Source: an uncultured bacterium (GTDB lineage Bacteria; Actinomycetota; Coriobacteriia; Coriobacteriales; Atopobiaceae). From it: a DNA stretch of 64,000 nucleotides. The notes under the pieces were generated by a model that ran no database searches, was not told the DNA's origin, and was given only the letters and a program-made list of their open reading frames with translations. The first letter of the stretch is position 1. Each line of letters starts with the position of its first letter. Location: the NCBI GenBank assembly GCA_905214865.1, contig CAJMNO010000005.1, positions 51,997-115,996 on the forward strand, read 5' to 3'. Shown in pieces: positions 29,543-39,486 of this stretch. A program made the translations under genes and the position numbers.

Positions 29543-30796
29543 ATGGCTAACGGGCTTTACGTCCACAGCGAAATTGGCCCCCTGAAGAAGGTCATGCTCC
29601 ACAGGCCTGGTGAGGAGCTCCTCAACCTCACGCCTGATGACCTCGAGCGCCTTCTGTTCGACGACATCCCCTTCCTGGAGGTCGCACAGGCGGAGCACGA
29701 TCGCTTTGCCGAGATCCTGCGTGAGCAGGGCGTCGAGGTCCTGTACCTCGAGAAGCTGACGGCAGAGGCCCTGGACGCCGTTCCCGGCGCCCGCGAGGAG
29801 TTCACCAACCAGTGGCTCGACGAGTCCGGCCTCAAGGGCAAGGCTGCCCGTGCCGCCGTCAAGGAGTACATGGACTCCATCAAGGACACCAAGACCTTCG
29901 TCGACAAGACGATCGCCGGCCTCCGCAAGGAGGAGATCGACCTCCCCGCGACCAGCTCGAGCCTGCTCGCCGACCTCGTCGGCTCTGACCAGGACGGCGA
30001 GACCGACCTCCTGATCGACCCCATGCCCAACACCTACTTCACGCGCGACCCGTTCGCCGTCGTGGGCAAGGGCGTCAACCTCAACCGTATGTTCTCGGTC
30101 ACCCGTAACCGCGAGACCCTGTACGGCAAGTTCATCTTCAAGTATCACCCCGACTACAAGGACGCCCCCCTGTGGTACCGTCGCGACAGCGCGTTCCACA
30201 CCGAGGGTGGCGACGTCCTCAACCTCAACGCCCACACCCTGGCCATCGGCATCTCCCAGCGCACCCAGGCTGGCGCCATCGACCAGCTCGCCCAGAACAT
30301 GTTCTGGGAGAAGGGCGACCAGTGCGAGATCGACACCATCTACGCGTTCAACATCCCCGTGTCCCGTGCCTTCATGCACCTCGACACCGTGTTCACGCAG
30401 ATTGACGTCGACAAGTTCACCATCCACCCGGGCATCATGGGCACCCTGCAGGTCTTCAAGCTCACCAAGGGCGCTCAGCAGGGCGAGGTCAAGATCGAGG
30501 AGATGAACGACACCCTCGAGCACGTCCTCGAGAAGGCTCTCGGCCTCGATCAGGTCAAGCTCATCAAGTGCGGTGGCGGCGACCCCGTCGCGGCTGCGCG
30601 CGAGCAGTGGAACGACGGTTCCAACACCCTGTGCGTCGCCCCTGGCAAGATTTGCGTGTACCAGCGCAACTCCGTCACCAACGACGTTCTCTACAAGGAG
30701 GGCCTCGACCTTCTCGTGGTTCCCTCGGCCGAGCTCTCCCGTGGCCGTGGCGGCCCCCGCTGCATGAGCATGCCCTTCGCTCGCGAGGACCTCTAG
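29543..30796 (+). CDS. arcA: Arginine deiminase
   Basis: 'MANGLYVHSEIGPLKKVMLHRPG' and 'CMSMPFARE' catalytic Cys region; RBS AAAGGAGAAGGAGG. Confidence 0.9.
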   Translation: MANGLYVHSEIGPLKKVMLHRPGEELLNLTPDDLERLLFDDIPFLEVAQAEHDRFAEILREQGVEVLYLEKLTAEALDAVPGAREEFTNQWLDESGLKGKAARAAVKEYMDSIKDTKTFVDKTIAGLRKEEIDLPATSSSLLADLVGSDQDGETDLLIDPMPNTYFTRDPFAVVGKGVNLNRMFSVTRNRETLYGKFIFKYHPDYKDAPLWYRRDSAFHTEGGDVLNLNAHTLAIGISQRTQAGAIDQLAQNMFWEKGDQCEIDTIYAFNIPVSRAFMHLDTVFTQIDVDKFTIHPGIMGTLQVFKLTKGAQQGEVKIEEMNDTLEHVLEKALGLDQVKLIKCGGGDPVAAAREQWNDGSNTLCVAPGKICVYQRNSVTNDVLYKEGLDLLVVPSAELSRGRGGPRCMSMPFAREDL

Positions 30797-30916
30797 TCTC
30801 TCGGATAGCGTGAAGTCCGGGGGCGCCCTTGGCGCCCTCGGACTACTGCTGTCGAGCAAGTATCAGTGTTCTAACCGATGGCACAGGGCTGTCGGTTGAA
30901 AACGAAAGGAACGTAC

Positions 30917-31912
30917 ATGGGCGTCAATCTTAGCGGTCGCAGCTTCCTGAAGCTTCTGGACTTCTCCACCGAGGAGATCAACTACCTCCTGGACCTCTCC
31001 CGTGACTTCAAGAACATGAAGCGCGCTGGCGTGCCCCACCGCTACCTCGAGGGCAAGAACGTCGCCCTCCTCTTCGAGAAGACCTCGACCCGTACCCGCT
31101 GCTCCTTCGAGGTCGGCGCCTATGACCTCGGCATGGGCTGCACCTACCTTGACCCCAGCGGCTCCCAGATGGGCCACAAGGAGTCCATCGCCGACACCGC
31201 TCGCGTCCTCGGCCGCATGTTCGACGGCATCGAGTACCGCGGCTTCGAGCAGGAGAAGGTCGAGGAGCTCGCCAAGTACGCTGGCGTCCCCGTGTGGAAC
31301 GGCCTCACTAACGAGTTCCACCCCACCCAGATGCTCGCCGACATCCTCACGATGAAGGAGAACTTCAACAACGACATCAAGGGCCGTCAGCTCACCTTCA
31401 TGGGTGACGCGGGCAACAACGTCGGCAACTCCCTCATGGTCGTCTGCGCCAAGCTCGGCGTCAACTTCGTGGCCTGCGGCCCCAAGGACAACATGCCCGA
31501 GGCCGAGCTCGTCAAGACCTGCCAGGAGATTGCCGCCCAGAACGGCTCCACGGTCAAGCTGACCGAGGACGTCCACGAGGGCGTCAAGGATGCCGACGCC
31601 ATCTACACCGACATCTGGGTGTCCATGGGCCAGCCCGACGAGCTCTACAAGACCCGCATCCCCCTCATGGAGCCCTACCGCGTCACCTCTGACGTCATGT
31701 CCCAGGCTCACGATGACTGCATCTTCCTGCACTGCCTGCCCTCCTTCCACGACACCAAGACCACCAAGGGTGCCGAGGTCGCGAAGAAGTTCGGCATCAC
31801 CGAGATGGAGGTCACCGACGAGGTCTTCGAGTCCCGTGCCTCCAAGGTCTTCGACGAGGCCGAGAACCGCATGCACACCATCAAGGCCGTCATGTACGCT
31901 ACCCTCAAGTAA
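30917..31912 (+). CDS. arcB: Ornithine carbamoyltransferase
   Basis: 'STRTRCSFE' carbamoyl-phosphate-binding motif and 'HCLP'. Confidence 0.85.
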   Translation: MGVNLSGRSFLKLLDFSTEEINYLLDLSRDFKNMKRAGVPHRYLEGKNVALLFEKTSTRTRCSFEVGAYDLGMGCTYLDPSGSQMGHKESIADTARVLGRMFDGIEYRGFEQEKVEELAKYAGVPVWNGLTNEFHPTQMLADILTMKENFNNDIKGRQLTFMGDAGNNVGNSLMVVCAKLGVNFVACGPKDNMPEAELVKTCQEIAAQNGSTVKLTEDVHEGVKDADAIYTDIWVSMGQPDELYKTRIPLMEPYRVTSDVMSQAHDDCIFLHCLPSFHDTKTTKGAEVAKKFGITEMEVTDEVFESRASKVFDEAENRMHTIKAVMYATLK

Positions 31913-31932
31913 GTAGCGCCTCAGGAAATGGC

Positions 31933-31967
31933 AAAGGCCTCCCCGATATTTCGGGGAGGCCTTTTTC
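31933..31967 (+). terminator. Rho-independent terminator between arcB and arcD
   Basis: AAAGGCCTCCCC-gatatttc-GGGGAGGCCTTTTT. Confidence 0.7.
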
Positions 31968-32082
31968 ATGTCCTAGAACCATCCAAATATTGAATAGATG
32001 AAATTTGTTTGCACACATGGTGTGAACTTTATATACAATCATTGAGGTTCTGTTGGCTTCATCGTTCCTGAGGAGGAAAACG

Positions 32083-33561
32083 ATGGCAAACAATGAGAAG
32101 GTTGACAACCCCGACGGCGTTGGCTTCTTCGGCCTCGTCGGCCTGGTCGTCTCATCCTGCATCGGATCTGGCGTCTTCGCCCTTACCGGCCAGCTCGCCA
32201 ACGTGGCATCCCCTGGTGCCGCGCTCGTGGCATGGGTCATCTGCGGACTGGGCTTCCTGTTCCTGGCCCTCTCGCTCGCCAACCTGGGTGCGAAGCGTCC
32301 TGACGCCGATGGCGTCGTCGCCTACGCCGAGGAGGGCTTTGGCAAGTTCGCCGGCTTCATCTCCGGCTGGGGCTACTGGCTGTCCGCATGGCTGGGCAAC
32401 GTCGGCTTCGCCACGATGGTCGCGCAGACCCTTGGCTCCCAGTACTGCCTGGGCAACATCCTTCCTGGCGTGTTCTCCGACCCCAACACGGGCAACCCCG
32501 CCGTCGTGGGCGTCATCGTGATCTCCCTCTTGCTCTGGGCACTGACCTACCTGGTCATCCGTGGCGTCGAGAGCGCCGCGTTCCTCAACGCCATTGTCAT
32601 GGTCGTCAAGGTCGCCTCCATCCTGCTCTTCATCGTCTTCACCTTCTTCAGCTTCAAGGCCGGCCTCTTCACCGCCGACTTCTGGGGCACCGCCGCTCGC
32701 AACGCCACCGTGCTCGCCGCCAACGGTGACGGCCTCGGCAGCGTTGGTACCCAGGTCACCAATTGCATCCTGGTCATGATGTGGGTGTTCATCGGCATCG
32801 AGGGCGCCTCTGTCATGAGCAAGCGCGCTCGCAAGAAGTCCGAGATTGGTTCCGCCACCATCCTCGGCCTCGTGGTGCTGCTCGTGCTCTACATCTGCGC
32901 CTCCGTGCTCCCGTATGGCGTCCTCCCTTACAAGGACCTCGTCGCAGCCCCCAAGCCCGCCACGATCACCGTCTTCGAGTCCATGGCTCCCGGTTGGGGC
33001 GGTGCCTTCATCTCCTGGGCAATCATCATCTCCGTCTGCGGCTCCTGGCTCTCGTTCACCATGCTGCCCGCGGAGTGCACCTCGATGATGGCCGACCACG
33101 GCCTGCTCCCCAAGTCGTGGGACGAGCGCAACAAGGCCAACGCGCCCCAGATGTCGCTCCTCATCGTCGCCGTGCTGACCGAGATCTTCATCATCATCGC
33201 GACCTTTGCGGCCGATGCCTACACCTTCGCGATCTCGATGTGCACCGTCACCATCGTCATCACCTGGGCGTTCGCTGCCGCCTACCAGGTCAAGTACAGC
33301 GTTGAGAACCACGAGGGCCTCCAGGCGTTCTTTGGTGTCCTTGCACTCCTCTTCCAGGTCGTCGGCGTCATGTTCACTGGCTGGGGCTTCCTGCTCCTCG
33401 CCTGCCTGGGTTACATCCCCGGCATGTACTTCTACAAGAAGGCACGCGAGGAGAACGGTGGCTCTGTCACCAAGGCGGAGTGGGCCGTGTTCGCGGTGAT
33501 CGCCGTCCTCGGCATCATCTCGATCCCCCTCACCGCGGTGGGCATCATTCCCGTCTTCTAG
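32083..33561 (+). CDS. arcD: Arginine/ornithine antiporter (APC-family amino-acid permease)
   Basis: 12-TM APC permease; RBS GAGGAGGAAAA; directly downstream of arcAB. Confidence 0.8.
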   Translation: MANNEKVDNPDGVGFFGLVGLVVSSCIGSGVFALTGQLANVASPGAALVAWVICGLGFLFLALSLANLGAKRPDADGVVAYAEEGFGKFAGFISGWGYWLSAWLGNVGFATMVAQTLGSQYCLGNILPGVFSDPNTGNPAVVGVIVISLLLWALTYLVIRGVESAAFLNAIVMVVKVASILLFIVFTFFSFKAGLFTADFWGTAARNATVLAANGDGLGSVGTQVTNCILVMMWVFIGIEGASVMSKRARKKSEIGSATILGLVVLLVLYICASVLPYGVLPYKDLVAAPKPATITVFESMAPGWGGAFISWAIIISVCGSWLSFTMLPAECTSMMADHGLLPKSWDERNKANAPQMSLLIVAVLTEIFIIIATFAADAYTFAISMCTVTIVITWAFAAAYQVKYSVENHEGLQAFFGVLALLFQVVGVMFTGWGFLLLACLGYIPGMYFYKKAREENGGSVTKAEWAVFAVIAVLGIISIPLTAVGIIPVF

Positions 33562-34044
33562 TTTCTCGGGGACATAGCTCTGAAGGGGAGGGTCGCCGAT
33601 GGCGGCCCTCCCTCTCTTATGCGGCGCCTTACGCCCCGTTGCCGCATGACTGACACGATGTATGTATATTGATGTCAGAATTTGCATAATACTGAGCATA
33701 TGGTTTTCTCGCATGCGCAATGGGACGAAGAGGGGAGAGCCAATCCAACCAATGCCCGAATTCCCAGGAATGCGGTTCCAGAATGCGGAGCTGGAACCCC
33801 TTCATTTGCGGTCGCGGCAATTGAATCGCCGTCACGTACTCGTATCGGGGTCTGCGAGTCTCTCATGGCACCAAAATGGGATATTCATCGAATATTGGAT
33901 ACCGTTCACGGCAACGCTTGACGTAGGGGATTGAGCCTTGTGTAAGATTTGTTTCGAAGTTGCGTAGGTTCTGTCTACGTTGTGTTTCGCAGGAGTTTCA
34001 GTTCCCTAACGTATGGCGCATGTGCGCCGAAAGGAGTTGCGACC
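33562..34044. promoter_or_regulatory. 484-bp AT-rich intergenic region with inverted repeats (CTGACAC...GATGTCAG; GGTTCCAG-N9-CTGGAACC)
   Basis: Read directly; includes short AT-rich ORFs (90 aa on +, 68 aa on -) of uncertain reality. Confidence 0.3.
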
Positions 34045-35643
34045 ATGTCCGATAAGACAGCGCAGCCAAAGAAGAAGAGGGAGATGCTGACGTCATTCTC
34101 CATCATCTTCATCCTCCTGGCGATCGTCGCAATCATCACGATCTGCCTCAATGGTGCGACCTACACGGTCAATGGCACCGAGGGCACCGTGACGGGTGCG
34201 ACGCTGGCGGACTTCCTGATGGCCCCCGTCCACGGCTTCGCGGACGCCATCGACGTCTGCCTGTTCGTCATGGTCCTTGGCGGCTTCCTCGGGATCGTCA
34301 ACAAGACCGAGGCGCTCACTACTGGCATTGACGTGCTCGTGCAGAAGATGAACGGCAACGAGCTCAAGCTGATCCCCATCCTCATGGCCATCTTCGCCTT
34401 CGGCGGCACCACCTACGGCATGTGCGAGGAGACCGTCGGCTTCTACGCCCTGCTCTCCGCGACCATGATGGCAGCCGGCTATGACTCCATGAGCGGCTCC
34501 ATGATCGTCCTGCTCGGCGCTGGCATCGGCTGCCTGGGCTCCACGGTCAACCCGTTCGCGACCGGCATCGCCGCAGATGCCCTCACCTCGCTCGGCATCA
34601 ACGTCAACCAGGCCGTCATCATCAGCCTGGGCATCATCCTGCTCCTGGTCTCGTACGTCATCGCCGTCTTCTTCGTTCTGCAGTACGCCAAGCGCGTCAA
34701 GGCCGACCCCTCCAAGTCGCTCATGAGCGAGGAGGAGAAGGCTGCCGCCGAGGCCGCCTATGGCACCGAGAAGTCCGACGAGAAGGCATCGCTCTCCGGC
34801 AAGCAGAAGGCCGTCCTCTGGATCTTCGCCGCCGCCTTCATCATCATGGTCATCTCCTTTGTCCCCTGGGAGGACCTGGGCAACAACTTCTTCGTCTCTG
34901 ACGCCAAGAGCCACGAGGAGACCACCGAGGTCACCGCTGACGACATCATCCAGCAGTACAGCAACGACAAACTTGGCGACCTGACCCTCACCCCGTCCAA
35001 CGTCAAGGGCGAGCTGAAGTCCACCGTCACCGACTATGCCGGCTGGTCGTCCTTCCTGACTGGCACCCCGCTCGGCCAGTGGTACTTCGCCGAGTCCACC
35101 ACCTGGTTCCTGCTCCTCGCCATCATCATCGGCATCGTGGGCGGGCTCTCCGAGCACCAGATCGTCGACGAGTTCATGGCCGGCGCCGGCGACATGATGT
35201 CCGTCGTCATGATCATCGCCGTCTCCCGTGGCGTCTCCGTCCTCATGAGCAGCACCGGTCTGGCCAACCTCGTCCTGAGCTCCGCTTCCAACGCTCTGCG
35301 CGGCACCTCGGGCATCGTGTTTGCCATCGGCTCCTACCTGCTGTACTTCCTGCTCTCCTTCCTCATCCCCTCGACCTCCGGCATGGCGACCGTCTCCATG
35401 CCCATCATGGGGCCCCTGGCCGCGCAGCTCGGCTTCAACCCCGCGGTCATGGTCATGATCTTCTCCGCCGCCTCCGGCGCCGTGAACCTCATCACCCCCA
35501 CCTCCGGCGCCATCATGGGTGGCCTGGCCCTCTCCCGCGTCGAGTACGCAACCTGGGTGAAGTTCGCGCTCAAGGTCGTCATCTCCATCGCGGTCGCCTC
35601 GATGGTCATCCTGTCCATCGCCATGATCGCCATCCCCGCGTAG
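34045..35643 (+). CDS. YfcC-family membrane transporter (putative basic amino-acid antiporter, DcuC-like fold)
   Basis: ~12 TM helices; family is commonly linked to arginine deiminase loci; RBS AAAGGAG. Confidence 0.7.
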   Translation: MSDKTAQPKKKREMLTSFSIIFILLAIVAIITICLNGATYTVNGTEGTVTGATLADFLMAPVHGFADAIDVCLFVMVLGGFLGIVNKTEALTTGIDVLVQKMNGNELKLIPILMAIFAFGGTTYGMCEETVGFYALLSATMMAAGYDSMSGSMIVLLGAGIGCLGSTVNPFATGIAADALTSLGINVNQAVIISLGIILLLVSYVIAVFFVLQYAKRVKADPSKSLMSEEEKAAAEAAYGTEKSDEKASLSGKQKAVLWIFAAAFIIMVISFVPWEDLGNNFFVSDAKSHEETTEVTADDIIQQYSNDKLGDLTLTPSNVKGELKSTVTDYAGWSSFLTGTPLGQWYFAESTTWFLLLAIIIGIVGGLSEHQIVDEFMAGAGDMMSVVMIIAVSRGVSVLMSSTGLANLVLSSASNALRGTSGIVFAIGSYLLYFLLSFLIPSTSGMATVSMPIMGPLAAQLGFNPAVMVMIFSAASGAVNLITPTSGAIMGGLALSRVEYATWVKFALKVVISIAVASMVILSIAMIAIPA

Positions 35644-35663
35644 GCTTCGGCACATACGCAAGG

Positions 35664-35699
35664 AGGGGAGGTCCCACGTTGGTGGGGCCTCCCCTTTTG
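35664..35699 (+). terminator. Rho-independent terminator after the YfcC-family gene
   Basis: GGGGAGGTCCCAC...GTGGGGCCTCCCC TTTT. Confidence 0.6.
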
Positions 35700-35728
35700 C
35701 ATGGCGGAGCGAGGTTGTCTGAATAGCA

Positions 35729-35770
35729 GGAAGCCGGGGTGGGGGAGAGGCCCCAACCCCGGCTTCCTTT
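35729..35770. terminator. Second perfect hairpin GGAAGCCGGGGT...ACCCCGGCTTCC in the convergent spacer (yfcC / trpS)
   Basis: 12-bp perfect stem followed by TTTC. Confidence 0.5.
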
Positions 35771-35794
35771 CAGTGCCGTAGAGGTTGCCTGGCG

Positions 35795-36844
35795 CTAGTA
35801 GACCATGCCCATCGCCTCGCGCACCTCGTCGAGCGTCTGCCTTGCGACCTCGTTGGCGCGCGCGTTGCCGTCGTGCAGGACGTCCTTGACGTAGTCGAGG
35901 TCGTCCTCGTACCGGTGCCTGCGCTCGCGGATGGGCGCGAAGTAGTCGTTCACCGCTTGGGTGACGTACTTCTTGAGCTGGCCCGAGCCACCCATGCCGA
36001 TCTCGTCCGCAATCTCGCGCTCGTCTCGCCCGGTGCAGATCGCCGCGGTCGTGAGGAGTGCCGAGACACCGGGACGGCTCTCGGGGTCAAAGGTGATGTT
36101 GCGATCGGAGTCGGTCTTGGACTTCTTGATGAGCCTTGCCGTCTCCTCCGCCGTCATGCTCAGGCTGATGGCGTTGCCGTAGCTCTTGCTCATCTTGCGC
36201 CCGTCGAGGCCGGGAATGAGCGGGGTCGACGTGAGGAGCCCTGCGACGTCCGGGAAGACCTTGCCATAGCGCTCGTTGAAGCGGCGGGCGATCTTGGCCG
36301 TGATCTCGATGTGGGGGAGCTGGTCGCGTCCCACGGGGACGATGTTGCCCTTGCAGAACAGGATGTCGCACGCCTGGTGCACCGGGTAGGTGAGGAGCAG
36401 GCCGGTGAGCGCGTGGCCCGAGGCCTCCTGCTCGGCCTTGACGGTGGGGTTGCGCTCCATCTCCGCCTCGGTCACGAGCGAGAGGAACGGGAGCATCAGC
36501 TGGTTCTCGTAGGGGACTGCCGAGTGGGTGAAGATCATGGTCTTGCTTGGGTCGATGCCGCAGGCGAGGTAGTCCATGACCATGTTGTACACGTTGTCGC
36601 GGATGTGCTCCGTGGTGTCGCGATCGGTGATCACCTGGTAGTCGGCGATCACGATGTTGGTCCTCACGCCCAGCTCCTGGAGCCTCACGCGCTCCTTGAT
36701 GGTGCCAAAGTAGTGGCCCATGTGCAGACGGCCCGTGGGGCGGTCGCCCGTGAGCATGGTGTACCTCTGGGGGTTGACCTTGAGGTCCTCCTGGATCTGG
36801 TCGCTTCGCCTCAGAGCGGCCTCGTAGCTTCCTTCGTTGGGCAT
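35795..36844 (-). CDS. trpS: Tryptophan--tRNA ligase
   Basis: 'HMGHY' (HIGH) and 'KMSKS' motifs; start at MPNEGSY with RBS AAGGAG. Confidence 0.85.
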   Translation of the reverse strand: MPNEGSYEAALRRSDQIQEDLKVNPQRYTMLTGDRPTGRLHMGHYFGTIKERVRLQELGVRTNIVIADYQVITDRDTTEHIRDNVYNMVMDYLACGIDPSKTMIFTHSAVPYENQLMLPFLSLVTEAEMERNPTVKAEQEASGHALTGLLLTYPVHQACDILFCKGNIVPVGRDQLPHIEITAKIARRFNERYGKVFPDVAGLLTSTPLIPGLDGRKMSKSYGNAISLSMTAEETARLIKKSKTDSDRNITFDPESRPGVSALLTTAAICTGRDEREIADEIGMGGSGQLKKYVTQAVNDYFAPIRERRHRYEDDLDYVKDVLHDGNARANEVARQTLDEVREAMGMVY

Positions 36845-36934
36845 GACGACTCCTTGTGAATCAAGCGTGCAGACCGTACCATGGTACGCCAAACGCTGGC
36901 CCTCGGGACCTGTGGGAATGGCGCCGGGGCGGCC

Positions 36935-37678
36935 TCAGCCCTGGGGGAGGGTCGCGTTGAGGATGGCGCGCGCCTCTCGCCAGGAGGGGTAGGCCGAATC
37001 GAGGAGGTCGTGGAACCGCTGGTTGTGGCTCGGCTCTAGGAGGTGGCACAGCTCGTGGGCGATCACGGAGTCAAGGCAGGTCGAGGGGAGCGAGGCAAGC
37101 TCGGCGTTGATGGTGATGACGGAGGTGCGCACGTTGCACGAGCCCCATCGCGACCGCATGTAGCGGACGCGCCAGCCGCTGCACGCAACGCCCAGCCGTT
37201 CCTCAAGGGGCGGAAAGCGGGTGGGGAGCTCGCTCGAGAGCGCCCGGGCGAGCCATGACCGTCCGAGGTCACGTGCCAGGCCCGTGTCTTCATCAGTGGG
37301 CGGAAGCAAAAGCTGCAGCTCGTCGCCCGCACGTCTGGCTCCTGGTGCGGGCGCCTCGCGAACGACCCTGACGGCGAGCACCTCGTCGAGGAACCGGACC
37401 TTGCCGCCGTCCTGCCAGCGGGAGGCCTCGCGACAGCGGGCCGCATCCTGTCTCTCCCGCTGGGAGCGTATCCAATCTTCCTTTGAGGCGACGAAAGCGT
37501 CCACGTCCGACAGCCTCGCTCTGGTGGGCGCGCTCACGACCACGTCGCCGTCCGCCCTCACGCGCAGGTTGACGCGCTTCACCCCGCCGCGGCGCAGGGT
37601 GTATGGCGTTTGGCCCCCCTGACGTTCCGTCACAACGATATCAGCACGTCGCATGGCTTTCACATCGCTTTCTGCCAC
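36935..37678 (-). CDS. YgjP/M48-like metal-dependent hydrolase (DUF45)
   Basis: 'WGSCN' and 'HELCHLLEPSHN' (HExxH) motifs. Confidence 0.6.
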   Translation of the reverse strand: MAESDVKAMRRADIVVTERQGGQTPYTLRRGGVKRVNLRVRADGDVVVSAPTRARLSDVDAFVASKEDWIRSQRERQDAARCREASRWQDGGKVRFLDEVLAVRVVREAPAPGARRAGDELQLLLPPTDEDTGLARDLGRSWLARALSSELPTRFPPLEERLGVACSGWRVRYMRSRWGSCNVRTSVITINAELASLPSTCLDSVIAHELCHLLEPSHNQRFHDLLDSAYPSWREARAILNATLPQG

Positions 37679-37774
37679 CTTTTGCCTTGCCGTTTGCCCC
37701 CAAGTTGCGGCCCCGTCGTCGCGGGTGGACGAGAAACGAGGATAATGTATCTGGCGTTCGGAGGAAGGGGGACG

Positions 37775-38371
37775 ATGGCGAGCTCATACGGCGAGGACGC
37801 GAGCAAGAGCGCACTGCGGGAGCGTTATCTTAGCGCCGGCGCATCGCTCTCGCCCCGGCAGCGCGCGAGATTTGACATCCAGGTGTGCCGCAACCTCAGG
37901 GCCGTCCCCGCCTATCGCTCCTGTACCCTGCTCCTGGCCTACGTCCCCTTCAGGGACGAACTCGACACGGCCTCCATCATCCGGCGCGCCTGGGACGAGG
38001 GGAAGGACGTTGCGCTTCCCCGCTGCGTCGGAGGGGAGAGATCCCTGGAGTTCGTGGTCGTGGGCACCCTCGACGGGCTCGTGCGTGGTGCGAGCGGCGT
38101 CATGGAGCCGGTGGAGGGGGCGGGCGATCCCATCGACCCGGCGCGTCTCCCCGAGTCGGTCTGCCTGGTCCCGGGGCTCGTGTTCGACTCCCGCGGGTAC
38201 CGAATCGGCTATGGCGCGGGCTACTACGACAACTTCCTGGCGACCTACCCCGGCACCAAGGTGGGGCTTGCCAGGAGCCTGCAGGTGAGCGGCAACCCGC
38301 TCCCCGTGGATGGGCATGACGTCGCGGTGGACGTGCTGGTGAGCGACGGGGCCGTCTGGATGTGCCGCTAG
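37775..38371 (+). CDS. 5-formyltetrahydrofolate cyclo-ligase
   Basis: 'GYRIGYGAGYYD' signature; RBS GGAGGAAGGGGG. Confidence 0.75.
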   Translation: MASSYGEDASKSALRERYLSAGASLSPRQRARFDIQVCRNLRAVPAYRSCTLLLAYVPFRDELDTASIIRRAWDEGKDVALPRCVGGERSLEFVVVGTLDGLVRGASGVMEPVEGAGDPIDPARLPESVCLVPGLVFDSRGYRIGYGAGYYDNFLATYPGTKVGLARSLQVSGNPLPVDGHDVAVDVLVSDGAVWMCR

Positions 38372-38399
38372 CGCGCGGGTGGCACATCTCCCCTTGGCC

Positions 38400-39341
38400 C
38401 TACTGGTCGTCCTCGTCCTTTGCCAGGTGTGCCGCCAGGTCGGCGATGGCCTTGGCGTAGCCCTTGACCCCCAGTCCCATGACCGTCTCGAAGCAGGCGG
38501 CCCTGACGTACGAGACCTGCCTGAACCCCTCGCGCTCGTCCACCTTGGAGATGTGGACCTCGACCGCGGGTATGCTCACCGCCTTGAGGGCGTCGAGGAT
38601 GGCCACGGAGGTGTGCGTGTACGCGCCGGGGTTGATCACGATGCCGTCAAAGCGCCCGTAGGCGTCCTGTATGGCGTCCACCAGGTCGCCCTCGTGGTTG
38701 GACTGGTAGCACCTGCAGACGGAGAAGCCCTCCTCCTCGGCCGCCTCGTGGCACAGCTCCAGCAGGCTGACAAAGTCCTCGGTGCCGTACAGGTCGGGCT
38801 CGCGAATCCCCAGCATGTTGATGTTGGGGCCGTTGAGGACGAGGAGACGGGGGCCGTCGGTGGGCTCCACGGCCTCCTCGCTGGCGTCGTCGGCAAAGTC
38901 GTCGTCGGGGTCGTCCTCCACGCCGGCGAGCATCCGCTCGAGCTCCTGTGCCTCCGAGCCGCCGTCCTCCAGCTCCCGGGCGATCGCCGCGGGGGTGGGG
39001 CGAGCGGGTGCCCCCGCACCCGTCACGCGCACGTTGAGGGAGTTGCCGACGTGGCTGAGGTCGGCGAAGCTGGAGCGGTCCGCCTGCCCCTGGCTGGTGA
39101 GGCCCGAGAAGGCGTCGTACACCCCGCCGATGGACTTGGGCCCAAACACGACCTCGATCCCATAGGGGCCGCGTCCCACGGTGCCCAGGACGCCGGGGAT
39201 CTGCGAGAGCCCCTCCTGGTCGACCAGCGTTGGGTTGGCGATGGTGATGCGGAGCCTCGTCATGCAGAGGGTGTTGGAGGTGACGTTGGCGCTCCCGCCG
39301 ACGCAGCTCAGTACGCGCGATGCAATTTCCTGGTCGTTCAT
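38400..39341 (-). CDS. aroQ: PTS EIIB-like domain fused to type II 3-dehydroquinate dehydratase
   Basis: N-terminus 'VGGSANVTSNTLCMTRLRITIANPTLVDQEGL...GIEVVFGPKS' aligns with the glucose-family EIIB signature (CxTRLR active-site Cys). Acidic linker. C-terminus 'LVLNGPNINMLGIREP', 'NHEGDLVDAIQ', 'INPGAYTHTSVAI' and 'VEVHISKV' match AroQ class II. Confidence 0.75.
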   Translation of the reverse strand: MNDQEIASRVLSCVGGSANVTSNTLCMTRLRITIANPTLVDQEGLSQIPGVLGTVGRGPYGIEVVFGPKSIGGVYDAFSGLTSQGQADRSSFADLSHVGNSLNVRVTGAGAPARPTPAAIARELEDGGSEAQELERMLAGVEDDPDDDFADDASEEAVEPTDGPRLLVLNGPNINMLGIREPDLYGTEDFVSLLELCHEAAEEEGFSVCRCYQSNHEGDLVDAIQDAYGRFDGIVINPGAYTHTSVAILDALKAVSIPAVEVHISKVDEREGFRQVSYVRAACFETVMGLGVKGYAKAIADLAAHLAKDEDDQ

Positions 39342-39486
39342 GAGAACAGCCTTCTTCCGTCGCAAGACGGGCTCTGGTCACTCGCTTACTTTCGAAACGA
39401 AAACGAGTATAGGGATGCCTGCGGACGGATGGGCCGTCCGTTCCGCGAAATGTCGGGATGGCGTCGCATGCGGGCGCGCGGGTGCC

